Origin: Myxococcota bacterium
Lineage (GTDB): Bacteria; UBA10199; JADFYH01
Direction: 5' to 3'
DNA length: 64,000 nt
NCBI GenBank assembly: GCA_052034865.1
Contig: JBPOIC010000018.1
Coordinates: forward strand, 23,394-87,393
The translations under genes and the position numbers were made by a program. This document shows positions 49,291 through 58,836 of this stretch, in pieces; position 1 is the first letter of the stretch; every line of letters starts with the position of its first letter. The notes below the pieces were generated by a model, which was not told the DNA's origin, ran no database searches, and saw nothing but the letters and a program-made list of their open reading frames with translations.

Positions 49291-50757
49291 ATGAAAACAT
49301 TTCCCCTTTGCAAGCGCTATGGCTTGATGCCGGTTTTTATCATTCTGCATCTTTTGTTGCTGATGCTTGTTTTGCAACTGACCGCCTGCGCCCGTACGAG
49401 CAAAAACACAAGTACATCCACAGGATGGAAAGAACAGGCAGGGGTTCGCGCAAAAGCAGATCTTTCACAGACCAAAATCCTCCAGGGCTCTGATGGCCTG
49501 GTTTATCTTCAGGTAGATCTCGAAGGCACGGGATCTCCGCACGGATCTTCCATTCTTCCTGTTCGAAATCCCACCGACTTTGTCGTCGTCCTGGACCGAA
49601 GCGGAAGTATGGCTGCTGCCAAAAAGATCGATTATGCACGTCAGGCCTTGCAGTCACTGGTCAATCAGTTAGGTCCGCAAGATCGCTTTGCCCTTGTCAC
49701 CTTCAGCGATTGGGTTGAAACGCCTTTCATCCTTCAAAATCTGACCGCCTGGAACCGCCCCAGCCTTCTATCCATCATCCGGAATATACACCCTCAAGGA
49801 TCGACGAACCTCAGTGGAGGCCTGCAGGCCGGCATTCAAATGCTGCAATCTTCTGCCTCCCTGGGTCATGCACGCCGGTTGATTCTGATTTCCGATGGAA
49901 TTGCCAATATGGGCATTACCGATTCCTACTCCCTGAATCAGATCGCCTCGAGTGCTACTCAAAACGGCGTCACGATTTCCACGATCGGTGTTGGCCTGGA
50001 GTTTAATGAATCCCTTCTTTCCTCTTTGGCGGATTATGGGGCGGGGCGTTATCACTTTCTGGAGCATCTCCAGACGCTCCATCAGGTTCTCGCGCAGGAA
50101 TTTGATGGAGCATCGCGGATGGTGGCGAGTGATTTGAATCTCAAGCTTCAGCTCCATCCGGAAATTGATCTTGTTGATGCCTCGGGCTACCCGATTGTGC
50201 GTGAAGGAAGAAGTTTTACGGTTCGGCCAGGGGTGCTATCCCTCGGAGAAAGAAAGACCCTGTTTTTGACCCTTCGTTTTCCCACCTATGCCCCCTTCAA
50301 AAAATCTCTAGGAGATATTCGTCTCGACTATCGAACCAATGGGATTGCCTATTCTATTCCTCTGATTTCTTCTTCCCTGCAAATTGCGTGTTTGCCGCTT
50401 CACCAACGCGATGAAGTTCAGAGGGCGATTCAGTCTGATGTCTATCGCAATGCCTGGACGCAAAGTAATTATGGAGGAATGCTCAAGCGCAGCGCGGAGA
50501 AAGTAAGCAAAGGGGATGCATCCGGGGCCTTGTTGGAAATGAAAGAGTACGAAAAAAATCTGGATCAGGCGATTTCCGCTGCACCTGCGGCGATGGCCCA
50601 GCCATTACAATCCCAAAAATCCGAGCTTGGGAATCTTAAGCGAAAAGTGACGGAAGCTTCTCAGAGCCCGGATTCGGCCGTCGAAATGAACCGCCTGGGA
50701 AAGCAATATCAATATGAAGGGATTCAAACTCAAAGGAGTGAAAATATTTCGAAGTGA
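49291..50757 (+). CDS. von Willebrand factor type A (VWA) domain lipoprotein
   Basis: 488 aa. Lipobox LQLTAC. MIDAS motif VVVLDRSGSM...TFSD...TNLSGGL...ISDG. Confidence 0.85.
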   Translation: MKTFPLCKRYGLMPVFIILHLLLLMLVLQLTACARTSKNTSTSTGWKEQAGVRAKADLSQTKILQGSDGLVYLQVDLEGTGSPHGSSILPVRNPTDFVVVLDRSGSMAAAKKIDYARQALQSLVNQLGPQDRFALVTFSDWVETPFILQNLTAWNRPSLLSIIRNIHPQGSTNLSGGLQAGIQMLQSSASLGHARRLILISDGIANMGITDSYSLNQIASSATQNGVTISTIGVGLEFNESLLSSLADYGAGRYHFLEHLQTLHQVLAQEFDGASRMVASDLNLKLQLHPEIDLVDASGYPIVREGRSFTVRPGVLSLGERKTLFLTLRFPTYAPFKKSLGDIRLDYRTNGIAYSIPLISSSLQIACLPLHQRDEVQRAIQSDVYRNAWTQSNYGGMLKRSAEKVSKGDASGALLEMKEYEKNLDQAISAAPAAMAQPLQSQKSELGNLKRKVTEASQSPDSAVEMNRLGKQYQYEGIQTQRSENISK

Positions 50758-50880
50758 TCGATCTGAAATTCATCTTTTAAAGTTCAAAAATGAAAGAACA
50801 TTTCTGAAAACCCTATATCCTTCGGCATAAAAAAATCGCATCAGGTAAAGCCTTTAAAAATTCACGTATCTGAAAAACAA

Positions 50881-50909
50881 AAAGCCTCTTCGGAAAGAAG
50901 AGGCTTTTT
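50881..50909. terminator. bidirectional rho-independent terminator (between the VWA gene and the aldehyde dehydrogenase)
   Basis: aaa-gcctcttc-ggaaa-gaagaggc-ttttt: 8-bp GC-rich stem flanked by an A-run and a T-run. Confidence 0.8.
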
Positions 50910-51000
50910 AATTTCAAGAAGGGATTGATCTGGTTTTAAAGAGGATCCGTTTTCTGGATTCTTGTGGGCGATCCCCCAGAGGCGGACGCCCCTACATTTA

Positions 51001-52491
51001 CTATTCAAATACCGTCAGAAACTCTCCTTCCGAAAGATCGACAAAAACATTTTTAAGCTGAGTGTATTCTTCGAGGGCGTGGCGTGAGAGATCTTTGCCG
51101 AAACCGCTTTGTTTGTATCCGCCGTGCGGAGCGAAGGGGGACATGATCAGATAATTGTTCACCCACACCTGACCCGCTTTCAGGGCCTTGGCCATGCGCA
51201 AGCCACGCTTGATATCCTGGGTCCAGACGGCGCTTGCCAGGCCGTACTCTGTATCGTTTGCCAATTGAAGGGCTTCTTCCTCTTCCGAAAATTTTAAGAC
51301 CGAAAGAACGGGGCCGAAAATTTCTTCGCGGCAGATTGTTAGCTCATTATTGGGGACAGCAAAAATTGTGGGTTGGATGTAGTTTCCGTTTGCATGGGGT
51401 AAAGGATCTGGTTCGCCACCACCGCACAAAAGCTCGGCGCCTTCTTTTTTCCCAAGCTCAATGTAGCGCAGGATGCTGTCTTTTTGTTTGGGTGTGATAA
51501 TCGCTCCCATCCGCCCTTCCCAATCGAGGGGATGGGCAACCTTGATCAGGTTCGTGCGGCGCACCAGCTCCTGAATAAAGGAGTCATGAATTTCTTCATG
51601 AAGAAATAGGCGGGATCCGGCAATGCAGCACTGTCCTGCATTATAAAAGATGGCGCTTAAGGCACCGCTGACCGCTTTGTGAAAATCGGCATCCGGAAAA
51701 ACGATGTTGGGAGATTTTCCCCCCAGCTCCAATGTCACTTTTTTACAATTTTTTCCGGCCAGTTCCATGATGCGCTGCCCGACTCGAGTTGATCCTGTAA
51801 AACTGATTTTTCGAACTTCAGGATGCGCGGCAATCGCTTCACCCACAACCGATCCCGCACCCGTCACGATGTTTACGACTCCGGGAGGAAGTGAAACTTC
51901 ATCAAAAATTTTTGCCATTTCGAGTGCTGAAATCGAGGTGAGCTCGGCAGGTTTTAAGACGACGGTGTTTCCGGCAGCGAGGGCGGGAGCGACTTTCCAG
52001 GCAACGAACATGATGGGAAAATTCCAGGCAACGATCGCTCCGCAAACACCGATCGGCTCGCGCAGGGTAAAATCTAAAGCGTCCATCGGAACCGGAAGAA
52101 CTTCGCCGCCAATCTGGCTGGCAAGATCGGCAAAGTATTCAAAACAATCGGCGGCCATATGCACATCAACCAGATTGGTTTCGGTGATGGTTTTGCCGGC
52201 GTCCAGACTTTCAAGCTCGGCCAGGTAATCCACTTTCTCGCGAATTTTGTGGGCGATCTGCCTTAAATAATTTCCGCGGTTGACTGAATTTCGAACGTTG
52301 GACCATTCTGTTGTTTCAAACGCCATTTTCGCTGCTTCCACCGCCTTATTCACATCCTCCGGATTGCCTCGTGGAAACTCAGCGATGACCTGACCATCTC
52401 CCGGACAAACACTGGTGATGGTTTCACCGGATTCCGAGTTTACAAATTCTCCATTGATATACATTTGATAATGACGGACAGAGGATGACAT
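51001..52491 (-). CDS. aldehyde dehydrogenase (betaine-aldehyde dehydrogenase-like)
   Basis: 496 aa. ELGGKSP and FYNAGQCCIAGSR catalytic motifs; GSTRVG NAD-binding motif. Confidence 0.9.
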   Translation of the reverse strand: MSSSVRHYQMYINGEFVNSESGETITSVCPGDGQVIAEFPRGNPEDVNKAVEAAKMAFETTEWSNVRNSVNRGNYLRQIAHKIREKVDYLAELESLDAGKTITETNLVDVHMAADCFEYFADLASQIGGEVLPVPMDALDFTLREPIGVCGAIVAWNFPIMFVAWKVAPALAAGNTVVLKPAELTSISALEMAKIFDEVSLPPGVVNIVTGAGSVVGEAIAAHPEVRKISFTGSTRVGQRIMELAGKNCKKVTLELGGKSPNIVFPDADFHKAVSGALSAIFYNAGQCCIAGSRLFLHEEIHDSFIQELVRRTNLIKVAHPLDWEGRMGAIITPKQKDSILRYIELGKKEGAELLCGGGEPDPLPHANGNYIQPTIFAVPNNELTICREEIFGPVLSVLKFSEEEEALQLANDTEYGLASAVWTQDIKRGLRMAKALKAGQVWVNNYLIMSPFAPHGGYKQSGFGKDLSRHALEEYTQLKNVFVDLSEGEFLTVFE

Positions 52492-52665
52492 GCTCGATCT
52501 CCTATTTTAAAGGTCAGTGGCGGATTTAATGCCCTCTCGGGCTGGCATCTGCTGGATCCGCTCGTTTTTTAAATGAGGATGTTACCGTAGCTTTCGGAAT
52601 CTTCGAAAATCAAATCATTTTTCTATGGATGATTGTTCTTGGGCAAAAAGTAGCTGGAGGTTGCC

Positions 52666-52854
52666 ATGTCTAAAAAAATTCAATGTCCGATTTGTAAAAA
52701 AGAAACAACCTGGGAAAATAATCCTTTCCGTCCTTTTTGCAGTGAACGGTGTCAAACCAGAGATCTTGGAAACTGGGCCATTGGGGGATATTCCGTCCCC
52801 GTTGAAGAAGATGGAGAGATACAGGAGACTCAAGCTGAAGAGCGTTTTTCTTGA
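52666..52854 (+). CDS. yacG: DNA gyrase inhibitor YacG (zinc-ribbon)
   Basis: 62 aa. IQCPICKKETTWENNPFRPFCSERCQTRDLGNWA matches the YacG consensus (CP.C......SPFRPFCS.RC...DLG.W). RBS ggagg. Confidence 0.85.
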   Translation: MSKKIQCPICKKETTWENNPFRPFCSERCQTRDLGNWAIGGYSVPVEEDGEIQETQAEERFS

Positions 52855-52881
52855 AAAAGAGATCTTGCGAAATATCTTTTG

Positions 52882-53583
52882 CTACTTCAGTTTTTGTTTC
52901 ACAAAACAAAAATAATGAATGCTGAGCCCCATGCGTTTCCACTTGGTTTCGAAATAGGTGGGATAGAGGGATTTGCCTTCCTGAAGTTTCCACATCTTCG
53001 GATCGAAAACTGAGGAAATCTGGCTGGAATAGTCCGGATGATCCGTGGCGATCCACAAACTTCCACCGGGTTTCAGAGAGGAATGGATCAGACGAACCCG
53101 CTCCTCATTGATCAGGCGATGTTTGTTGTGCCGCCTCTTGGGCCAGGGATCCGGAAATAAAATATAGGCCTCCGATAAACATTCAGGCTTAAGGATCTTT
53201 GGCAGGCTGTAGCGTGCATCCCCGTGTATGAGTTGAACATTGCCCAGCGGAATCGTGTCGATTTTTTCCCGTATGCGAAAATATCGCCCGCGCTTAAGCT
53301 CGATGGCAATAAAGAGCTTATGCGGATGTTGGGGGGCGAGCCAGGATAAAAACGCTCCGTTTCCAGGCCCAATCTCTAGCACCCAATCAGAAAACGAATC
53401 ATAAAGAGGAGGTTGAGGATAGGTATCAAAGATATTTTCGATTTTTTCAGGAATCATGAGGGCGATGTGTTTAACCTGATGACACAAGGTTGGGAAGAGG
53501 GGTTTTTTTGCCCCACGCACCTTGGCTTGCGACTTTTTCCAAACCTGCTCTTCGATCTCGTGCTTGACGCCCAACTCATTCAA
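52882..53583 (-). CDS. trmB: tRNA (guanine46-N7)-methyltransferase TrmB
   Basis: 233 aa. LEIGPGNGAF SAM motif and the diagnostic FPDPWPKRRHNKHRL block. Confidence 0.9.
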   Translation of the reverse strand: MNELGVKHEIEEQVWKKSQAKVRGAKKPLFPTLCHQVKHIALMIPEKIENIFDTYPQPPLYDSFSDWVLEIGPGNGAFLSWLAPQHPHKLFIAIELKRGRYFRIREKIDTIPLGNVQLIHGDARYSLPKILKPECLSEAYILFPDPWPKRRHNKHRLINEERVRLIHSSLKPGGSLWIATDHPDYSSQISSVFDPKMWKLQEGKSLYPTYFETKWKRMGLSIHYFCFVKQKLK

Positions 53584-53621
53584 AGGTTACTTGTCGCGTC
53601 CCTGTTTCAAGTCAAATATCA

Positions 53622-53708
53622 GGAAGGATGGCCGAGTGGTTGAAGGCGCTCGCCTCGAAAGCGAGTATATCTTAACGGGTATCGTGGGTTCGAATCCCAC
53701 TCCTTCCG
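53622..53708 (+). tRNA. tRNA-Ser (anticodon CGA), class II tRNA with long variable arm
   Basis: GGAAGGA acceptor stem pairing with TCCTTCC plus discriminator G. D-arm GCCGAGTGGTTGAAGGC. Anticodon stem CTCGC/GCGAG with loop CT-CGA-AA. Long variable arm. T-arm GGGTTCGAATCCC. No encoded CCA. Confidence 0.85.
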
Positions 53709-53730
53709 TTTCAATTTTTTCCCAATCCTC

Positions 53731-54741
53731 ATGCTCCAAAACCTCCAACACTTTCGCGATACCGTTAATCTCAGCCGGTATCATCAACAGCAAAATGGTT
53801 TTTACGAAAGTTATTTCCAGAGGGCGAATCATCCTGACCGGCCCTTGGCATTTTGGATTCGATATACGATTTTCAGTCCGCGCTCTCATCCGGAACTTGC
53901 GAAGGGAGAGTTGTGGGCGATTTTTTTTAACGGCGAGACCCATCAGCATTGCGTAGTGAAAAAAGAATATCCCCTTGCAGACTGCCAGTTCTCCACCTCA
54001 AGTTTTGAAGTGAGAGTTGGGGACGCTACCTTATCCGCTTCTTCCATGCAGGGTTCGGCTCAATCTGAAACGCATCAGCTGAGTTGGGATCTTCGCTTTC
54101 GTTCAGAGTCCAAACCGCTTTTTTTTACTCCACTCAATCGCCTTAAAACCCGCTTTCCCTCGGGCAAGGTTCTTGTCGCTCTTCCGTTGGCTCACTTTCA
54201 GGGAGAGATGAAAATCGATGGAGAAAAAATTGAGATTCAAAACTGGGTGGGCAGTCAGAACCACAACTGGGGATCCCGTCACACCGATCACTATGCGTGG
54301 GGTCAAGTTGCAGGGTTTGAAAATGCCCCCGATACTTTTCTGGAAGTTGCGACCGCGCGTCTGAAAGTGGGGCCGCTCTGGACGCCCGCATTAACTCCTT
54401 TGGTGTTGTGGCACAAGGGGAGCGAGTATGAGCTGAACTCGCTGTCGCAGGCCTTTTGGTCTAAGGGGTCCTTTCGCTATTTTGATTGGAAATTTTGTGC
54501 CGAAACAAAAGGAATTCAGATTGACGGAAGAATTTTTGCCCAGGCCGAAGATTTTGTGGGACTTCGGTATTTCAATCCTCCAGGGGGATTTAAATACTGT
54601 CTAAATTCAAAGCTTGCCAGTTGCGAGCTGAAACTCACTCATAAAATTTCTTCTCAAACTGAGAAGCTGGTGGCCAAAAGATGTGCCGCCTTTGAGATTC
54701 TAACCGAGGATTCTTCTCACGGAATTCCAATCTCTGCCTGA
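53731..54741 (+). CDS. hypothetical protein (336 aa)
   Basis: Clean ORF immediately downstream of tRNA-Ser. No recognised domain. His/Trp-rich beta-like composition. Confidence 0.5.
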   Translation: MLQNLQHFRDTVNLSRYHQQQNGFYESYFQRANHPDRPLAFWIRYTIFSPRSHPELAKGELWAIFFNGETHQHCVVKKEYPLADCQFSTSSFEVRVGDATLSASSMQGSAQSETHQLSWDLRFRSESKPLFFTPLNRLKTRFPSGKVLVALPLAHFQGEMKIDGEKIEIQNWVGSQNHNWGSRHTDHYAWGQVAGFENAPDTFLEVATARLKVGPLWTPALTPLVLWHKGSEYELNSLSQAFWSKGSFRYFDWKFCAETKGIQIDGRIFAQAEDFVGLRYFNPPGGFKYCLNSKLASCELKLTHKISSQTEKLVAKRCAAFEILTEDSSHGIPISA

Positions 54742-54799
54742 AAAGAAATTCCACTCTCATTTCAAAAACTTCTTCTTGCGCACTCTTTTGGAAAATAGG

Positions 54800-54932
54800 T
54801 AAAGGCTGTTCAGTCAGGTCCTACGCAAACAAGACCTACGAACCCCGCCAGGTCCGGAAGGAAGCAACGGTAATAGGAACCTTGTTGTGCCGTGGGGAAC
54901 CCCTGTTCGCAAGGGCAGGGGGTGCCTGGCTT
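54800..54932 (+). ncRNA. ffs: signal recognition particle RNA (4.5S/ffs); boundaries approximate
   Basis: Contains the universally conserved SRP domain IV motif CCAGGUCCGGAAGGAAGCAACGG (54848-54870). Ends in a G/C-rich segment followed by TTTTT at 54931-54935. Sits directly upstream of dnaX, the conserved ffs-dnaX-ybaB-recR arrangement. Confidence 0.65.
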
Positions 54933-54976
54933 TTTGATTTTCAATTCTCATCGAACTCTTCCCTTAAATTTTCCTT

Positions 54977-56644
54977 ATGTCTTATCAGGTCATTGCTCGA
55001 AAATACCGTCCTCAGAATTTTGAAGAAGTTGTAGGACAACAGGCCGTGGTGACGACCCTTAAGCAGGCCATCCAGTCGGGGCGTGTGCACCATGCCTATC
55101 TTTTTTCAGGAGCGCGCGGAATTGGAAAAACCTCACTTGCTCGCATCTTTGCAAAGGCCTTGAATTGTGAGCAGGGACCGAGCCCGATACCCTGCAATCA
55201 ATGTGCTCAATGTCGTGAGATTACCTCAGGAAATTCGCTGGATGTTCAGGAGATCGACGGGGCATCCAATACTTCGGTTGAGGATGTTCGTGAGCTCCGC
55301 GAAGGGCTTAAATATCTGCCGGCATCCGGGCGCTACAAGATTTATATCATCGATGAAGTTCACATGCTTTCCACCAGCGCCTTCAATGCCTTGCTAAAAA
55401 CATTGGAAGAGCCGCCGGCCCATGTTTTATTCTGCTTTGCCACCACCGAATCACATAAAATTCCGGCGACCATCCTCTCACGCTGTCAGCGCTTTGATTT
55501 AAGACGACTCTCAACCGATCAAATCCTTTCCACCCTTTCCTCCATCTGTGAAAAAGAAAAAGTACGCTTCGATGAGGATGCCTTGCTGCTGATTGCCCGT
55601 GAATCCGAAGGCTCGCTACGCGATTCGCAAAGCCTGCTCGATCAGGCAATTTCTTACTCATCCGGTGAGATCCGTGTTGCTCAGGTTTCCGAGATGCTTG
55701 GTCTTGTGAATAGTCAATATTTGAATCGGTTGACCGATGAGGTTTTGGGAAAAAATGTTTTAGGCGCGCTTGAGATTTTAAAGGAGGTTTATGAGCGAGG
55801 GCATGACTTGCGGCAGCTCATGATTCAGTGGCTGAACTATTGGCGAAATCTGCTAGTTTATCAAAGTACTCAGGAAGAGAAAATCCTGAACGATTTAACC
55901 GAGTCAGAGCGTCAGGAAATTTTGCGTCAGTGCGGAAGGGTTTCGCTTCCCGCCCTTGATCTGGGCTTTCATTTTCTCTATCGTGGCGTTGAAGAAATCG
56001 CGCGCAGCGAATTCCAAAAACTCATTCTTGATGTGCTGGCGGTTCGGCTTTGCCATTTATCCGATATTAAAACACTAGAAAGTATTCTGGAAAATTCTGG
56101 ATCTTCCGCGGATTCATCCAATAGTCCTCCAGCCACTTCGGGGCAGGGAACTACTCAACGGCCCTCTTCTTTTTCTCAGAAAGAAAATGCTGCTTCTGTG
56201 AGTCGCTCGTCCGCTGAAAGTACCCAATCTTTTCAGACAGTCTCTGAAGAAGCTCCTCATCCGGTCAAAGTTTCAGCACATTTTTCAAATGAGGTGGAAA
56301 AGTTTTTCAGCTACGCCAATCAAAAACGTCCGCAGCTTGGATCGCTCGTCCAGCACCTCGAAGCTGCCACTCTCGATGGCAATCGACTGATTTTACAGTG
56401 CGAAAAAGAAGGGATCTGGATGGATTTGCTGATGGAAAGAAAAAATCAGATTGTAGAGATGGCAGCAGATTTCTGGAAAAGACCGATCGAGGTCCAGATT
56501 CAGAATCTTCCCATTTCGGTTGAAAGCTCCGAAGTCTACCTTCTTAAAAAAAGCAAATCTTTAGATACAAAACCGTCTGAAAAAAATATTATTCATTCTG
56601 CGATTCAGATCCTGAACGCAACAATTGAGGAGAACAAAGCATGA
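54977..56644 (+). CDS. dnaX: DNA polymerase III subunit gamma/tau
   Basis: 555 aa. Walker A GARGIGKTS, zinc module CNQCAQC, DEVHMLS, SRCQRF sensor motifs. Confidence 0.95.
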   Translation: MSYQVIARKYRPQNFEEVVGQQAVVTTLKQAIQSGRVHHAYLFSGARGIGKTSLARIFAKALNCEQGPSPIPCNQCAQCREITSGNSLDVQEIDGASNTSVEDVRELREGLKYLPASGRYKIYIIDEVHMLSTSAFNALLKTLEEPPAHVLFCFATTESHKIPATILSRCQRFDLRRLSTDQILSTLSSICEKEKVRFDEDALLLIARESEGSLRDSQSLLDQAISYSSGEIRVAQVSEMLGLVNSQYLNRLTDEVLGKNVLGALEILKEVYERGHDLRQLMIQWLNYWRNLLVYQSTQEEKILNDLTESERQEILRQCGRVSLPALDLGFHFLYRGVEEIARSEFQKLILDVLAVRLCHLSDIKTLESILENSGSSADSSNSPPATSGQGTTQRPSSFSQKENAASVSRSSAESTQSFQTVSEEAPHPVKVSAHFSNEVEKFFSYANQKRPQLGSLVQHLEAATLDGNRLILQCEKEGIWMDLLMERKNQIVEMAADFWKRPIEVQIQNLPISVESSEVYLLKKSKSLDTKPSEKNIIHSAIQILNATIEENKA

Positions 56645-56952
56645 ATATTCAAAAAATGATGAAACAGGCTCAAGATCTTCAAAAGCAGATTTTAAAACAG
56701 CAAGAAGAGCTGGCCAAACAGACCTACGAGGCCTCCAGCGGGGGAGGCATGGTGAGTGCCGTGGTCAATGGCAAAAATGAGGTCGTTTCATTGAAAATTG
56801 AGAAGGATGTGGTCAATCCTGAAGATATCGAGATGCTTCAGGATCTTGTTTTGGCCGCCGTCAACGAAGCCAATCATCGGGCCAAAGAGGCGATGGAAAA
56901 AGAGATGAGCGGTCTGATGGGTGGGATGGGAAAGATTCCGGGTCTGTTTTAG
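56641..56952 (+). CDS. ybaB: nucleoid-associated protein YbaB/EbfC
   Basis: 103 aa. MMKQAQDLQKQI...GGGMVSAVVNGKNEV.SLKIEKDVV..EDIEMLQDLVLAAVNEA... typical of YbaB. Start overlaps the dnaX stop. Confidence 0.9.
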   Translation: MNIQKMMKQAQDLQKQILKQQEELAKQTYEASSGGGMVSAVVNGKNEVVSLKIEKDVVNPEDIEMLQDLVLAAVNEANHRAKEAMEKEMSGLMGGMGKIPGLF

Positions 56953-56969
56953 CCAGAACTCTTCTACTT

Positions 56970-57560
56970 ATGTCTTCTTCACTCGATTTACTCATTCAGG
57001 AACTCGCCCGTTTGCCAGGGGTGGGCGAAAAAACAGCTACGCGTCTGGCGTTTTATATTTTGCGCTCTCCTAAAAATTACGCTGAGAACCTGGCCCATGC
57101 CCTGCGTGCTCTGGTTCAGAAAACGCATTTTTGCAGTATCTGTCAGAATTTTACCGAGACAGATCCTTGTCCAATTTGCTCCGATCCCAGGCGCGATCGC
57201 GATGTTATTCTGGTTATCGAAGGTCCTCAGGAGATGCGCACGATTGAACAGGGGAAATCTTACCGCGGGCTTTATCACATTCTCCACGGAGCCCTTTCTC
57301 CCCTGGACCGCATCGGACCTGAAGAACTTAAGATCAAAGATCTCATTCATCGGCTCTCGCAAGCTCCCGTGCGAGAGATCATTCTGGCGACAAATACGAA
57401 TGTAGAAGGAGAAGCTACCGCGCTTTATCTCACCCGACTGATTAAACCCCTTCAGATCAAGATATCCCGAATTGCGATGGGAATCCCAGTGGGTGGGGAT
57501 CTCGAATATATCGATTCGGTGACCTTGCAACGCGCGATTGAGGGTAGGCGCGAGCTGTAG
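56970..57560 (+). CDS. recR: recombination protein RecR
   Basis: 196 aa. HhH N-terminus LIQELARLPGVGEKTATRLAF, C4 zinc finger CSICQNF...CPIC, Toprim ILVIEGPQE. Confidence 0.95.
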   Translation: MSSSLDLLIQELARLPGVGEKTATRLAFYILRSPKNYAENLAHALRALVQKTHFCSICQNFTETDPCPICSDPRRDRDVILVIEGPQEMRTIEQGKSYRGLYHILHGALSPLDRIGPEELKIKDLIHRLSQAPVREIILATNTNVEGEATALYLTRLIKPLQIKISRIAMGIPVGGDLEYIDSVTLQRAIEGRREL

Positions 57561-57565
57561 CAATC

Positions 57566-58129
57566 TTACTTCACCTCCAGCGTTCCCTTCATCGTCGTCG
57601 CATGACCCGGAAAACTACAAAGATAGGGATAACTTCCCGATGTGGACGGAGCCCTGAAGCTGATTTCGTCAGATTCTCCCGGATTGATCATTTTGGTATG
57701 GGCGAGGATGTTGGGTGAATCCGGAAGCCATCCTTTCTCTGCACCCGCCTGCATGGCTGCCTGAGCGACATCATTTTCTGTTCCTGTTTTCACCAATACC
57801 CAGTTGTGCTGAAGAGCCGAGGTTTTCGATGCATTGTTGTGGAAGGTGAGTTTGACCGCCTGTCCTGGCTTGGCGGCCAGGGTTGTTTTGTCGAATGTGA
57901 GACTATCCCCTGAAGTCCCAATTTCAAGTGAAACGCTTTGGGGTTGAGTTTCAGCAGGTGAGACTGGAGGTGTAGGGGGAATGGGAGAAGTAGGAGAGGT
58001 CGGGGGAATATCCGTTCTTTGGATCTCAGGTGGGGGATTGTTTTGTTGACGGGGAGAACAGCCATTCCAGACCCATGAAAGAGTGAAAATGGACATAAGG
58101 GTCAATATAGCAGCTTGATGAATCATCAT
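57566..58129 (-). CDS. azurin-like blue-copper protein, lipoprotein with Pro-rich linker
   Basis: C-terminal domain ...HNWVLVKTG....AHTKMINPGESDEISFRAPS.GSYPYLCSFPGHATTMKGTLEV aligns with azurin (copper ligands His, Cys, His, Met). N-terminal signal plus Cys, then a PPPEIQRTDIPPTSPTSPIPPTPPVSP linker. Confidence 0.8.
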   Translation of the reverse strand: MMIHQAAILTLMSIFTLSWVWNGCSPRQQNNPPPEIQRTDIPPTSPTSPIPPTPPVSPAETQPQSVSLEIGTSGDSLTFDKTTLAAKPGQAVKLTFHNNASKTSALQHNWVLVKTGTENDVAQAAMQAGAEKGWLPDSPNILAHTKMINPGESDEISFRAPSTSGSYPYLCSFPGHATTMKGTLEVK

Positions 58130-58285
58130 AGATCCTCCTTTTGGTTTTCTTCCTAAATTACAAAGTAGTTCGCACCTGAGATGGGGGCAAGGGGCAAAGC
58201 CAGGAAGGAATAAGGTGAGTCTGATTTTGGATTAGGCTTCAAAATATGGAATGCTGCTCCAAAAAAATCTTATGAGACTCATGCG

Positions 58286-58729
58286 ATGAATGGGATGAAA
58301 AGTTCTTCACACATTTTTCAGGGATTTGGGGGCCTTGTAATGCTGGTTCTGATCTTTGTAGCTGCTCCATTTCTTGGAATGGGTGCCTATGGTCTCTATC
58401 GAAACCTGGAGAGACTCAAAACCTATATTCATGTCTCTGGAGTTGTGGTTGCGAACCAATCCGACTACTCAGATTCGGCTTTATTCCCGAGAGTGGAGTT
58501 TAAAACACGGGAAGGAGAGAGAATGAGCTTTCTGGATGGAGTGGGATCTTATCCAGCAGATTACATGGTGGGGGAGTCCGTTCAGGTCATTTATAATTCC
58601 GCAAACCCTAAAATGGCTGAAATTAATGCATCTAAGCGCCTCTGGCTTGTTCCCATCCTTTTTTTGGTCTTGGGGGCCAGCTTTGTTGGGGTGGGGATTT
58701 TCATTGCCAGAAAAATTAATTCTGTCTGA
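58286..58729 (+). CDS. DUF3592-like membrane protein (two TM helices flanking a beta-rich extracytoplasmic domain)
   Basis: 147 aa. TM1 LVMLVLIFVAAPFLGMGAYGLY, core ...HVSGVVVANQS.....FPRVEFKTREGERMSF......G.SVQVIYNSANPKMA, TM2 LWLVPILFLVLGASFVGVGIFIA. Confidence 0.5.
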   Translation: MNGMKSSSHIFQGFGGLVMLVLIFVAAPFLGMGAYGLYRNLERLKTYIHVSGVVVANQSDYSDSALFPRVEFKTREGERMSFLDGVGSYPADYMVGESVQVIYNSANPKMAEINASKRLWLVPILFLVLGASFVGVGIFIARKINSV

Positions 58730-58799
58730 TCAAAAAGGTTCGGGTTTATTTTATCCTTTTACGAAGGAAGTAAAATAAGATGTCGATCAGAAGTACATA

Positions 58800-58829
58800 T
58801 TGACAGATTCTTTGTCCGTTCCCTAAAAT
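58800..58829 (+). promoter_or_regulatory. sigma70-like promoter of mglA (TTGACA, 18 nt spacer, TAAAAT); predicted start about 7 nt downstream, at the ATG, so probably a leaderless mRNA
   Basis: Near-consensus -35 TTGACA (58800-58805) and -10 TAAAAT (58824-58829). Only 7 nt (ccgcgcc) separate the -10 from ATG 58837 and there is no Shine-Dalgarno sequence. Confidence 0.45.
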
Positions 58830-58836
58830 CCGCGCC

